From the NCBI RefSeq assembly GCF_006345805.1, contig NC_043003.1:31744001-31808000 (forward strand): a DNA stretch of 64,000 nt, in the 5' to 3' direction. This document shows positions 13,241-25,152 of this stretch, piece by piece. The notes below the pieces were generated by a model that worked only from the letters and a program-made list of their open reading frames with translations, was not told where the DNA came from and ran no database searches. The position numbers and the translations under genes were made by a program. How positions within the stretch are numbered: the stretch's first letter is position 1; every line of letters starts with the position of its first letter. The stretch comes from Octopus sinensis. Its lineage: Eukaryota.

Positions 13241-14789
13241 GTTGTGTACGTATGTGTGTGTATGTGTGTGTGTGTGTATGTGTGTGCTTGTGTGTGTGAG
13301 TGTGTGGAGCTACATGTATAGAGTGCAACATACCCTTCGTGGAAGGGTACAGCCACTAGTATCAGGCGAGGGCTTGGGGCAATTGCTCCCTTTATGTGAT
13401 AAGCAATGCTTTGTACGGAATTTAGTAATATTGATCATTCCATACTCCACAAAATGAGTGGAGTCTTTCAAGATTTCAAGATTTCACTTGATAAATTTCA
13501 CATTTCCTGCAGTGGATGAGAGATTAAAAATAAACAAAAATATCAAAAGTAGAAAATGTTAACTAATTTTGAAATGTATTTTTGAATGTAGGATGGAATT
13601 ATGAAGCCTCTCTGTTCGGATATAATCATATCGCTGCCGAAATGTCGGTCAGATTAGTATGGAACGGAGTCAATGGGGTCAATATGTTTATATGTTTCTG
13701 AATCATACTAATCAGGTTTTCTTTATTAAAGAAATTGTATGTGATTTTCCCCGACTAATAAATATTCGTTAATTTAATATACAAATCGCCATTGACTGTC
13801 TAAATTTATAATCGATTTCTAACCACGAACGCGAAAATTATTCGGTAAGACAAAAACGTCTTTTAATCTTTTGGTAGCATTCTTAGCGGAACATTGATTC
13901 CAATTCTCTTATTGAAGTGAAATAACCCACTCTTCATTTCATGACCAAACTAGACAATTATCGTAGCCTTTGGAGATATGGTACATTAATATTCCACGCA
14001 TTTCCTGTCGCTTTTTCACATTCTTCCAGAACTGTGCGTGATAGACATTAATGACGTTATTGTTCCTCTCCTGAGTTATTTGATAAAGAGGAAATGAAAA
14101 ACAACAAAAATGTAACCAATGAAAGAACCAGGAAATAAGAGTAAAAATCAATTATATGCGTAACAACTTTATTGAATCAAAAGGTGTAGAGTCACGAATA
14201 ATCTGCTGCGACGTATTGCTGTCAAATTGCATTGGCACTATAGTTTTTGTGGGGAAAACTTCAACGAAATGTTATAAGCTAAGGAATTATTAGACAAACA
14301 CTACCACTGGCGGTATTTAAAAACATAAAGACAATATGCAAGCGTGATAACTCTAAGCGATCAGTGGATCGAGATTTTTAGACAATATAGGGAAATAGAA
14401 TATACAGTTGGGCTCATTTTAAATTCAACTATGCGACAAAACATATATATATTCATCTTATTTGGCTTTCTCAATAAAGCATTTTCGTCTCGGTAAGTTA
14501 TAAAAGAGGCCAATTTACGCATTTAACCTTACGAAAATACATACACACACGCGCATATATATGAATACACGTACAACCGTTTACACACACACACACATAT
14601 ATATATATAAGTAAATCTACTACTATTTTCCTTTTCTGAGCGTCTTAGTAATATATTGCTTGTGTTACGTCCACAAGTTCGCTTGTTTTTTATTTGATGC
14701 CTAGAGCAATGGAAGAATGTTATTTTATCGGAATATTATTTTCCCTAGAGCAGTGGAAGATTGATATTTTTCTTTATCTTATTTCCGAC

Positions 14790-15327
14790 TACCGGCCGAG
14801 TATAAATGTGGAGACAGCGAAAAGAAGAATTTGACCCAGACTGCCTTCTTCCAACTGTTAAACATGGGGGAGGATCTGTGGTGATCTGGGGGGAGGGCTA
14901 TATCTTGGAAATTCCTCGGCCAAATGGTTTCCTTTCATGGCAGAATTAATAGTCAAGACGATTTAAGCATTTTCTTTGATCAAATTCAAGCTCTCAGGGT
15001 GATAATGCACCAATTCACACAGCTAAAGTTCTTACTGAATGGCTCGAGGAACATTCCAGTGAAGCTGAACATCTTATCTGGCCACCAGATCTCAATATTA
15101 TTGAAAATTTATGGGGCATTTTCGAAAAACAAGTAAGGAGTGAATATCCACCACAATCATCACTACAAAAACTGGAAACTATTTTATCTGAAGAATGGAC
15201 AAAAATCCACTGGAAACAATTCAAACTCGTAGAATTCAAGCTGTAATTCCTGCCAAAGAGGTCCTACCCCATGTTAAATAAATTTGTTTGAAATTTTAAG
15301 GTGCTTCAATTATCTTGTCCAACCCTG
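14790..15327 (+). mobile_element. Tc1-family (DD34E-type) transposon, 5'-truncated
   Basis: LPTVKHGGGSVVIWG, QGDNAPIHTAK, WPPDLNIIENLW and EEWTKI motifs, with frameshifts. Ends in TIR-like ...TTGTCCAACCCTG followed by TA. Confidence 0.85.
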
Positions 15328-15354
15328 TACATACATACATATATGTATACATAC

Positions 15355-15399
<45 letters not shown>

Positions 15400-15403
<4 letters not shown>

Positions 15404-15953
15404 GTTGTCCGGAAAGTTCGTGATGATTTTTAAAGGAAAGAAAAAATTCAATAAATACTTGCCATTACATTTTTAATCAACCAATATGAACCATTTTGTT
15501 GCACAATTCTTCTCCATCTTTCCTTTAACTTGAAAATACCCTCTTCCCAGAATTGAGGTGGTTTCATGGCAAAGAATTCATAAAGGTATCTTTTTACGTC
15601 ATCCAAGGAGTTGAAATTTTTACCATTAAAACTACTCAGAGGCGACCTGAATAAGTGGAAATCCGAAGGGGCAATATGTGGTGAATATGGGGGGGGGGGG
15701 TAACACATCCCAGCCGAGCTGCATCAATTTTTGTCTGGTTCCCAAAGCATCAAGTGCCGAAAATGAACTTTCTTATCTTCCATTTTAAAGGGTTACAGAA
15801 TTAACACAGGTTATAGGAACTAAAACCTTCTTCCACGAAAATATAGCTTAAACTGTGTTCTAAAGAGATGTGTAGTCAAATCCTATTTTATGGATTCAAC
15901 CATGTTCTAATTTAATCTACTATAATTCGGCACGAACTTTCCGGAAAACCCAA
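15400..15953 (-). mobile_element. Internally deleted mariner with both TIRs
   Basis: TIRs TTGGGTTGTCCGGAAAGTTCGTG (15400-15422) and CACGAACTTTCCGGAAAACCCAA (15931-15953) match at 22/23 positions, with TA on both sides. ORF 15448-15708 encodes PPYSPHIAPSDFHLFRS..GIFKLKERWRRIVQQNGSY. Confidence 0.92.
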
Positions 15954-16042
15954 TATATATATATATATATTGATGTAATGCTTGCATTGATCGATTAAGT
16001 GGAGCCGCTTTAATAACGGACTGAGTTGGTGCCTCAACGTAC

Positions 16043-16516
16043 AAACTTAGTTAAGACTTAGATATGTTTCGACCAAAGATTGGTCCAGGCCATGTCTAAC
16101 TTAATAGCACCGCCTGATAGGATTATTCGAATCCTGTTTAAGTCAAGTTTTGTTTATGGTCCATTTAATTAGTGAGTTCTTGTTGGGTGAGTTGTATCCA
16201 ATTATGGGTGGCTTATCTGGTATTCTTTGAAGGAATCTATCCAGACTCCGTTTAAAGTTGATGGGATCCTTTTCCTCTTTGATCTCCCTCGGGACAATGT
16301 TAAATAGGGCAGGACCTGTTGATGAAAAGAAATTATGTTGCAGTGTACATGTATGGTGTGATGTTGAATTGAGCAGGGGACGTATGGCCCGTGGTCCCAG
16401 TCTTGGATGAACCTTGAAGCTAATGTTAAGGTCGTTTGGGCAAAGTTGGCGGTATATTCTCCACATCGTACCGCTCACGGCGACGCTGGGGAGAGCAAAG
16501 TTTCAAGGCTTTAAGT
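16043..16516 (-). mobile_element. CR1/L2-group LINE 3' end
   Basis: ORF 16143-16478 is nearly identical to ORF 22068-22433 plus its downstream frame. Same 3' UTR and short CTAAGTTT-type tail as the copy at 21.9-22.6 kb. Confidence 0.8.
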
Positions 16517-17129
16517 ATCTAATTCAACTTAATTATATATACATATATATCTATATATATATACATATATGTGTATGTGTGTGTGTGTGTGTGTTTATGG
16601 TATGTGTGTATAATTGTGTGCATGTGCGTGTGTGCGTGTGTGTGTGTTTTGATTTATGCTTCCTTTTTAACAGCACGTATGTTTCAAAAAGTGTTAACGG
16701 AAGCGTTCAGACACAAAAAATCTTCTTTCGCAAAAAGGTTAATAACATCCTCATAAATGATAAATGATTCCATAACACATTTTGGAAACATTGTTTTTTT
16801 AAAATATCAACTTTACACTTCAAAATCCATCTTAAGTAATCTTCATAGACTTTAATATATACATATATACACATACAGTACAGTGTAAAATTTTTCGGCC
16901 AGTCTAAACTATTGTTAATTTCTACTAATTACCAACTTATAAGTAGATGTTTCGCTTTGCGTTTTTTACAAATGCAACATTGGCCCTGTTGGAATCATTT
17001 CCATGCCTAATCATTATATTTTGTCTTAGGGGTTTTGAATGGCCGTTCAAAAGTTATCGGTCACCACACATAAGCCAATCAATATACGGTATATTAAAAC
17101 GGGAAAATGTCGATAATGTAATTTTATTA

Positions 17130-17560
17130 CATCACATTCATTTCAAGAAGTTACTGTGCATTGTTAATATTTCGTGTGGCTTCCCTTAGTTTGAATAATT
17201 AGTTCAATGTGCCTGGGAATAGAGTCATACAAATCCTTCACCATCTTCACAGGTATGAAACACCATTCTTTGTGGCTGAGCTCCCACAACTTTCCAACAT
17301 TGTGAACGGCATACACTGAACATACACATCCGGTGTATTTGCTAGTAGGCTACCTATAACTTGGTGGAGTATACTCTTTCAAATGCCGGGTAGTAAAACA
17401 CCTGAAACTCATGGACAGCCGAGATAACTCACTTCTAATCACATCTAGGTGTGATGGACATCGATACGTCTTTATTTTTGTGGTTTATCAACATTACGTA
17501 CCCGAACAGTATTGGAAATGAATCAAATAGCCAGTCCATGACCTATATGCATATAGTGCA
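17130..17560 (-). mobile_element. Old Tc1-like transposase relic
   Basis: Minus strand: KLWELSHKEWCFIPVKMVKDLYDSIPRHIELIIQTKGSHTKY*, matching the Tc1 C-terminal consensus W..IP...LY.SMP.R...VI..KG..TKY. Confidence 0.55.
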
Positions 17561-18401
17561 GGCATGCACAGCGCGTTACTGATTTGTGGATTTATACCGA
17601 ACTGCTCCTATCCCCAACGATATGGCTTCGGTTGTTAGCTGAATATATCATGAATATCGAATTGTGATATAAACGTATTTACGTACATCTCGAGGAAGGA
17701 TTGGTACATAAAAGAAGGAAGTTGGTGACAGTGATAATGGCTTGAATTTATTGTGACCCGAAGTGGAAAAGATACTTGAGTTTGGTGTGTGAGTGTAATT
17801 TAAGGTTTACGTAGAGTCTCTTTTTGTCAATTCATTCTTTTAGTCACTTCTTGTTCTACACTGTTTAAACTATTTATTAATGTTTTCATCTTTATTTTAT
17901 ATTTCTGGTTTCACTTTATTTCTTCTATAGGTCAGAAACATCTTTGTTGCTTTCCTTTTTTCTCTTTCACCGTCATAAAAATAACGATTTCCTTCTCCTC
18001 CACATCCGCGTCAACGTCATCTTCGTCGTCGTCGTCCTCCTCCCCTCCTCGTCCTCGTCCTCTCCCTCGTCCTCGTCATCCTCGTCCTCGTCCTCCTCCT
18101 CCTCCGCATCATCATCATCATCATCATCACATTCTTGCTTTTGTTCTTGTTCTTCCTTGATTTTAGTTATCATTGGTGTTGTAGTTATTGTTCTCATAAT
18201 TGTAATTATTCTCGTATCGGTACTTTTCGTCATTTTCCTAATTCCTCTACCGACTGTTGTTGCTACCAGTATCCTCATATATTGCATCTCTTGTGTAGGA
18301 CGTTTGTACTCATATTTAAACGCAGACACATGTATACACAGAAAAATAGACATAGAAATATTGACACGCTTAACATATACATACATACATACATACATAC
18401 A

Positions 18402-18433
<32 letters not shown>

Positions 18434-18439
18434 CATACG

Positions 18440-18479
<40 letters not shown>

Positions 18480-19258
18480 CGTGCGCATGTCTGTGTAAAT
18501 ATGGAACATAATGATAATATGTAAGACTAACATATTCATAAATACCCTCATTGAACAATTGATGTGGTCATCTATCGTAATGTACTTAAGACGAATACCT
18601 CCGACTTCAGTCCACACACTCTTTTTGGGTCTCGTTCCACTTTGATCATTTTTTTCTCGTATCCATAAGCTTGCTTTGTACTATTCACCAGTAAAAGTTA
18701 ATTAGTATGTAGCTCTCTCATCAACTGTAGCATTCATTTATTTCAAATAAAGCATACTGAAACTCGAAAACAACAATAACAAGTAGATTATTATCAAAAA
18801 ATGTTAATAGGAGACACTATGGCTAACGAAACAAAAACTACGCACTTCAATTGGTTTTAATTAGGAATTTTGCCTGAAAAAGAAATAAACAAAGAAACTC
18901 TTTTGAAGACGAAAATCTGTCTGTACATTGTGTCCCGCTTTGTTTATTATCTCTAAAATAAAAAATTAAGGAGAATAAACATTTTAATGGTCTGTGTCGA
19001 TTTCTTCTTCTTTTAATCAAGATAAAACAGAGGAGAATAAAAATTAATGAAGGATCAAAATAGGAAATGTAACTATGTATATATATATATATATTATATA
19101 TATATATATTATATATATATATGCATACACACACATATATAGAGCCAAAAATATATAACATAAGAGGAGTTAAAAACACTCTACCAGTGTAATGGGATTA
19201 TTGTATATGTCTGTTTATATATACATATACATATACATATATTTGTGTATATATATAT

Positions 19259-19312
<54 letters not shown>

Positions 19313-19810
19313 GAGGGGGAGAGAGAGAAAGAGAGAGAGCCCGAAAGAATATGAGGTAGTCAAAATTTTGAGTGATTATGTATATAGCGGTTTCTTCTTT
19401 CAACTGTTTTGAGAAATATATCTCAAAAGAGATCGAAGCGCTAGATAAAATGATTATAGAAAATCCTAACTACCACACACACACACACACACACACTCAC
19501 ACATAGATAGATTTGTGCGCGCGTTTGTGTGTGTATGATATTCATGAAGTTTTCTGTGGTAAAACTTTAATGAGATTTGTTGTCTAAGGCCTGATCAGAG
19601 CAATAAAAACATAGCAAAATATTAAAAGAAAATGTGAAAACAAAAGGTGCAGTTTTATTTTCTGTCTCAATAATTTGTGGGTATGATATCTTTCTTCTAG
19701 CTTTTGTAGTCACTTGTAACTTTTCGCGTTGTTCCTGCCTTATACAACAAATCTCTTTAATATATATATATATATGTGTGTGTGTGGGTGTGTGGGTGTG
19801 TGGGTGTGTG

Positions 19811-19844
<34 letters not shown>

Positions 19845-19846
<2 letters not shown>

Positions 19847-19905
19847 ACGAGGGCTACTATGAAGAGCAGTGGTCCCACGACAGTGCTCTGTGGAACACGG
19901 CTCAC
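19845..19905 (-). mobile_element. Small LINE RT fragment (motif B region)
   Basis: SRVPQSTVVGPLLFIVAL is a degenerate SGVPQGTVLGPLLF. Confidence 0.5.
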
Positions 19906-19917
19906 TATATTATATAT

Positions 19918-21200
19918 AACGCCTAACAGAACTAAGAGAATTTTTGCTCAAACAAAAATACTTATAGAAAATGGCATACAGCGAGCTATAAAAATACCCA
20001 TACAACAACTTAGGACAACCCAAGGAAGAGGAAAACAAGAACAAGTCATACCATTCATAGTGACACACAACCCATGTCACCAGAATATCTTCAACATTGC
20101 CAAAGCAATCCTACAAATCATTGCTCAAAGTAATGAATTAAAAGATATAATCACGATCGAGCTATGGTTCTTAGTAAAAGAAAGCCTAAAAACTTGAAAA
20201 AATTACTAACAAAGGCACAATTTGACCTTAGCAACAAAGACCAAACATTCACTGTATCTAAATGCAATGATAGCCGATGTGGCACATGCCAATTCATACA
20301 TACCGGCCAATATATAAACACAAAAACCGGGAAAATATTCACAAACGCGAATATGAACTGCAAAAGCAGAAAGTTAATTTACTGCATCAAATGCCCAAAT
20401 TGTGAAGAAATTTCAGACGGGAAATGTGTATCGGAACGCTCACGTGTACACCGACAACGATTAGAGACCCAGAGGTCCGTCAGATACCTTTGAGTAACCA
20501 CCTAGCACATGTGGTCGAAAATATATATAATATTTCTATTACAAATTACAGCCCAAGTGAAATCGAGAGGAAAATCAGAGAAAAGAATTTTATTGATAAA
20601 TTCGAACCCAAGCTAAATAAGCAATAATAATAATACTTAGATGTACTACTTCTACTGCTACGACCATGACCACAAACAACAACAACAATACTAAAGGTGA
20701 TCAAGATGAAGATAGCAGGAAAATTATCTTATTTAGGGTTAAAAGTTTTATTGCCACCACCATCACTACTAGCAACAATAATTACGGTTCTGACAATGAT
20801 GATGATAACAATTGAAATATAAAAATCCCTGACAAAGGCTATTTACAACATTTCTAAAAATAGCCCAACAATTGCTGCCTCGGCCAGGGTTAAGATCAGG
20901 ACTCTTGACATGTTCAACAAAGCGTGACGCCTAAAGCAATCAGCTTAAGTAATTGAGTGATGCTACACACTGGTTGGTCAGAATACAGTTTCAAAACCTA
21001 GCAATCTGGAGCCTACACAGGTGTATTTAAGGCACATATTTAACTATCTCGCTACAGTCAAAAATTGTGAAACATGACTGTCACCAATACTACATGAACC
21101 TGAAGATTGCATAATTTAATGCATGAAAGTACTAGTTCAATCAGAATGAACATTTAACATTCTATTATTTTATTTTATTTTATTTTATTATATTATATTA
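19918..21200 (+). mobile_element. Penelope-like element, 5'-truncated (end of RT thumb, GIY-YIG region, 3' pLTR)
   Basis: RLTELREFLLKQK..IENGIQRAIKIP..IPFIVTHNP; SKRKPKNLKKLL; Cys-rich linker CNDSRCGTC; NCKSRKLIYCIKCPNC (the YIG half is disrupted); REKNFIDKFEPKLN* ending at 20627. A hammerhead motif lies downstream. Confidence 0.85.
21095..21139 (+). ncRNA. Minimal type I hammerhead ribozyme (PLE-associated)
   Basis: TGAAC (stem I)-CTGAAGA-T-TGCAT-AATTTA-ATGCA-T-GAAA-G-TA-C-TA-GTTCA (stem I'). Palindromic AGTACT stem III; predicted cleavage after A21134. Confidence 0.75.
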
Positions 21201-21306
21201 TCTTATATTATATCATTATAAGATTGTAAATAAAACGTGAAAATAGGACAAGGTTGGAATTCCTTTTATTAATATATTCTTCTATACACAATCACACACA
21301 CCCGTG

Positions 21307-21340
<34 letters not shown>

Positions 21341-21417
21341 ATATATATAATATATATATATATACACACATGGAAAATGTCAAGGTGGAAAATGCTAAAG
21401 TTTTATTAAAAATCATT

Positions 21418-21459
21418 TTAGAGCACCGGTTTCGGTCATTGAGACTTTTTCAACTTTAA
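21418..21459 (-). ncRNA. Degenerate minimal hammerhead, U3-A8 core variant
   Basis: Minus strand: TTAAAG-TTGAAAA-AGTC-TCAAT-GACC-GAAAC-CG-GTG-CTCTAA. Stem I pairs at 5/6 positions. G at position 17 and an A.C mismatch at the base of stem II imply this copy is inactive. Confidence 0.55.
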
Positions 21460-21630
21460 GTATAGAAAACGATTAAATTTTGGAAAAATTAAAACGACAG
21501 TTTTTTAAAGGAAAATTTGCATTGTATTCAAATACAAGGGGCATTGTCTTTGTTTCTGCTCGTCTTTGTCTCTCTTGTGGATTCGAAGTCGTTGTGAATT
21601 CTTGCCAGAGAAGAAGAAGAAGAAAAGAAA

Positions 21631-21690
21631 GTGGGAGCGGTATGATAGTAGTAGGATGTTAACAACCTGCTACCATCATACCACTCCCAC
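21631..21690. repeat. 60-bp imperfect palindrome with no spacer
   Basis: GTGGGAGCGGTATGATAGTAGTAGGATGTT|AACAACCTGCTACCATCATACCACTCCCAC; 26 of 30 positions are complementary. Confidence 0.9.
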
Positions 21691-21702
21691 ATTATGATAA
21701 CT

Positions 21703-21740
<38 letters not shown>

Positions 21741-21759
21741 ATTATATATATATATATAT

Positions 21760-21818
<59 letters not shown>

Positions 21819-21826
21819 ACATATAT

Positions 21827-21879
<53 letters not shown>

Positions 21880-21880
21880 T

Positions 21881-21942
<62 letters not shown>

Positions 21943-21947
<5 letters not shown>

Positions 21948-22641
21948 CGATATAGCTCGTAGGATGAGCACCTGGATCTTAAGAACATTCCGGTACAGAG
22001 AACAAGGTGTCATCATACCACTTTTATCCTTCTCTGTACGGCCACACGTCGAATACTGCTGCCCACTGTGGTCTCCCCATACAAGAGGATTGAATCACCC
22101 CAGAGGGCACTCACTAAACGAATTGAAGGCATGGCTGCTCTCGATTATTGGGATTGCCTTAAAGCCATGACACTCTACTCTCTCCAGCGTCGCCGTGAGC
22201 GGTACATCATTTGTACGATGTGGAGAATATACCACCAACTTTGCCCAAACGACCTGAACATTAGCTTCAAGGTTCATCCAAGACTAGGACCACGGGCCAT
22301 ACGTCCCCTACCCAATTCAACATCACACCATACATGTACACTGCAACATAATTTCTTTTCCTCAACAGGCCCTGCCCTATTTAACATTTTCCCGAAAGAG
22401 ATCAAAGGGGGAAAAGGATCCCATCAACTTTAAACGGAGTCTGGATAGATTCCTTCAAGGAATACCAGATAAGCCACCCATAATTGGATACAACTCACCC
22501 AACAAAAACTCACTACTTGAATGGACCATAAACAAAGCTTGACTTAAACAGGATTCAGATAATCCTATCATGTGGTGCTATTAAGCTAGACATGGCCTGG
22601 ACCAATCTTTGGTCGAAATATATCTAAGTTTATCTAAGTTT
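21943..22641 (+). mobile_element. CR1/L2-group LINE, 5'-truncated
   Basis: [63 protein letters not shown], then a 3' UTR ending TATCTAAGTTTATCTAAGTTT. Starts directly after (TA)n. Confidence 0.85.
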
Positions 22642-22649
22642 ATATATAT

Positions 22650-23678
22650 GCTAGCATTATGACCCGTCGTTGCCGGGTCATAGTGTTAGTGCATGTATAT
22701 ATGTGTATATATATGTGTACATATTACATGTACATCTATATATATACATCTACACATAAAATACAAAATACAAAGTTATATCTTGATATCGCTACTGATA
22801 ACAATACTCAAAATATATAACAGACTGGAATTGTAAGCCCGTCTCTTTCAATTTCGATCTATCGTATCTCGTCCTCCCTCTTGTATAGAAGCGTGGCTAC
22901 AATCCAGCCTACCTCAGCTTCTGGAAGGGGAATTTTTAATTTTTATCTGGCACGTCCTACGTCCCAGATATAAAGGTAAAAATAAAATATTTCCACTTTG
23001 CAAGTTCGAGTCGAGTACTCCCTTGCACGCTCCGTTGACTCGAGCCTTACTTCTATTGTGGCGAATTTACCGCCTCTGGCTGGATATCTTTCATAGTCGC
23101 ACCAAGACGCTTTCCGATTGTGCTTTCCTCCAGGTGTTCAAATCTTTTTTCTCTACATTGTATACTTTATGGACAATAGTATTTTCTTTAATTTAATTTT
23201 TTATTATCCATCTGGACTATTCCCTTTCTGCACGCTAATTTTATTTTAAATTTATTCCCATTCATGTGAAACCACTTATTCAAGTTCAAGTCATTGATGC
23301 AATTTTATACCATTTGCTATTTTTACTTTTTTTAATGTTACGATTATATTATACTTTAGTTTGATTTTAATCATTACTTACTACATATAATTCAATTGTT
23401 ATTATTTTTATTGTTAAAGTGAAAGTATCTGATATAAAATAGAGTAATGTTTTTGTTTCACTTTTAACACGTAATACTGAAATAGTGGAGAAGATATGAT
23501 ATTGCTATGGGCTCGCTCAAGGCAAGAAGTTGAACATTTTTTTTGCCCATGAAACTACATGGCCTCTAAGTAAGGCATGTGTAAAATTTGAATGAAATTG
23601 GTTGTGTAGTTCTGAAGTTTTAGGGAAACACACAGACAGACAGACACACATTCTCAGTTTTATATATATATATATATA
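22650..23678 (-). mobile_element. Non-autonomous Helitron (Lep1-like architecture)
   Basis: Minus strand 5' end: (TA)n-AAAACTGAGAATGTGTGTCTGTCTGTCTGT. 3' end: hairpin CCCG-GCAACGA-CGGG about 8 nt before CTAG (22651-22654). The canonical 5' TC is not preserved. Confidence 0.7.
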
Positions 23679-25033
23679 TTTATAAATTAACGTACAGTAT
23701 TAAAATAAGATCTAAAACTTTCTATCTTTTGTTTTGATACAGTGTATATGAAACAATATTTGTATCTTACTGGATGGAGTACGTTTTTGTTGACCCTACA
23801 TTAACGGATTATCATATTACATACACACATGCATACATACACACAAACATACATACGTACATAATTATATACAATAGCGAATATCATCATGCTACACTGC
23901 GTATATTTTTTTCTCAGTATATAACAGAATCAAACAAGTCGGTCGAAAAGTATAATGATACTGTATTGTGCACTGTAGTAGGATTGATAACTTGCGTAAT
24001 TTTTTATCACCAACAGGGTATCAATCATGAATTTACAAATCAAATATTATATTTTAGAATAAATGTTTCTCTAGTATTCGTTGAAAAACGATTGTAAGTT
24101 ACTAATGAATAATTTTGTTGAAAATATATGTTCATATGTAATTGTGTTTAAGAAACGCTTTCAGATATTATATATTGGCTTGTTCGCGTAATATGTAGAT
24201 AAACGCACATATAGATCTACAAACACAAAATATATACACATGCACATATATATGTATATATTTATACACGCAAATATGCAAATTGGCATATCTGCTTACA
24301 AACACACACAGATCAACACATACTCGTATATATGCGCAGACACACAGAATTACACACACAGACACACACACGCGCACACAAACGCACTCACACACAAGCA
24401 CACGCAGGAACGCTCATACATTTTCATTTGTAAGATATTTTGTCGAGTTCGATACAAATGCATCTGTATTTCGGGTCATTTGTCTGGTACGAGGCGTTTT
24501 ATATCTAAATCCATATCACTTACAGGTTCATACTCCATTGCAATCTTGGTGTATTTGTGTGTGCGTGCATACACACGCGCACACACACGCGTGAGCACAG
24601 AAGCGCGCGCGCACACACAAACAAATATATCAAATGGGTATATTGGAAAAATTTGTGGTATTATATATTCAACATTGCAAGTTTCTTTGCCAGTAGGTAT
24701 TATAGAGAATTGCTTGATAGATAAGCATGAAAACGAATTCTTTAGACAATGTTTGATAATTATTGCCTCACTATTACACCTGTTTCATTTGACTTTTGGC
24801 AAATAAAACAGGTTTTCTACTGAAGAAATAATACTTAAACATTTTCCTAACTTCCTGTATTATGCAATACATCTGCAAATGATATTTGTATAATTTTCAA
24901 ATATATTTTTTACTAATACATAGCGGTACCTGACACTACATATAATAACATAATAACAGAAAAACCAGATGTGATTCGAGAAGAAATTGCTGGAAAATTG
25001 ACCTATCTATATCATATATATATATATAGATAC

Positions 25034-25084
<51 letters not shown>

Positions 25085-25114
25085 CAAATATGTCTGAGTG
25101 GTGTGTGTATATAT

Positions 25115-25149
<35 letters not shown>

Positions 25150-25152
<3 letters not shown>

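Noticed and set aside
17944-18617. 214-aa acidic (poly-D/E) ORF and overlapping poly-Ser ORF
   Set aside because: Built from TCC/TCG/TCA and TACA/TA repeats; no splice or domain support.
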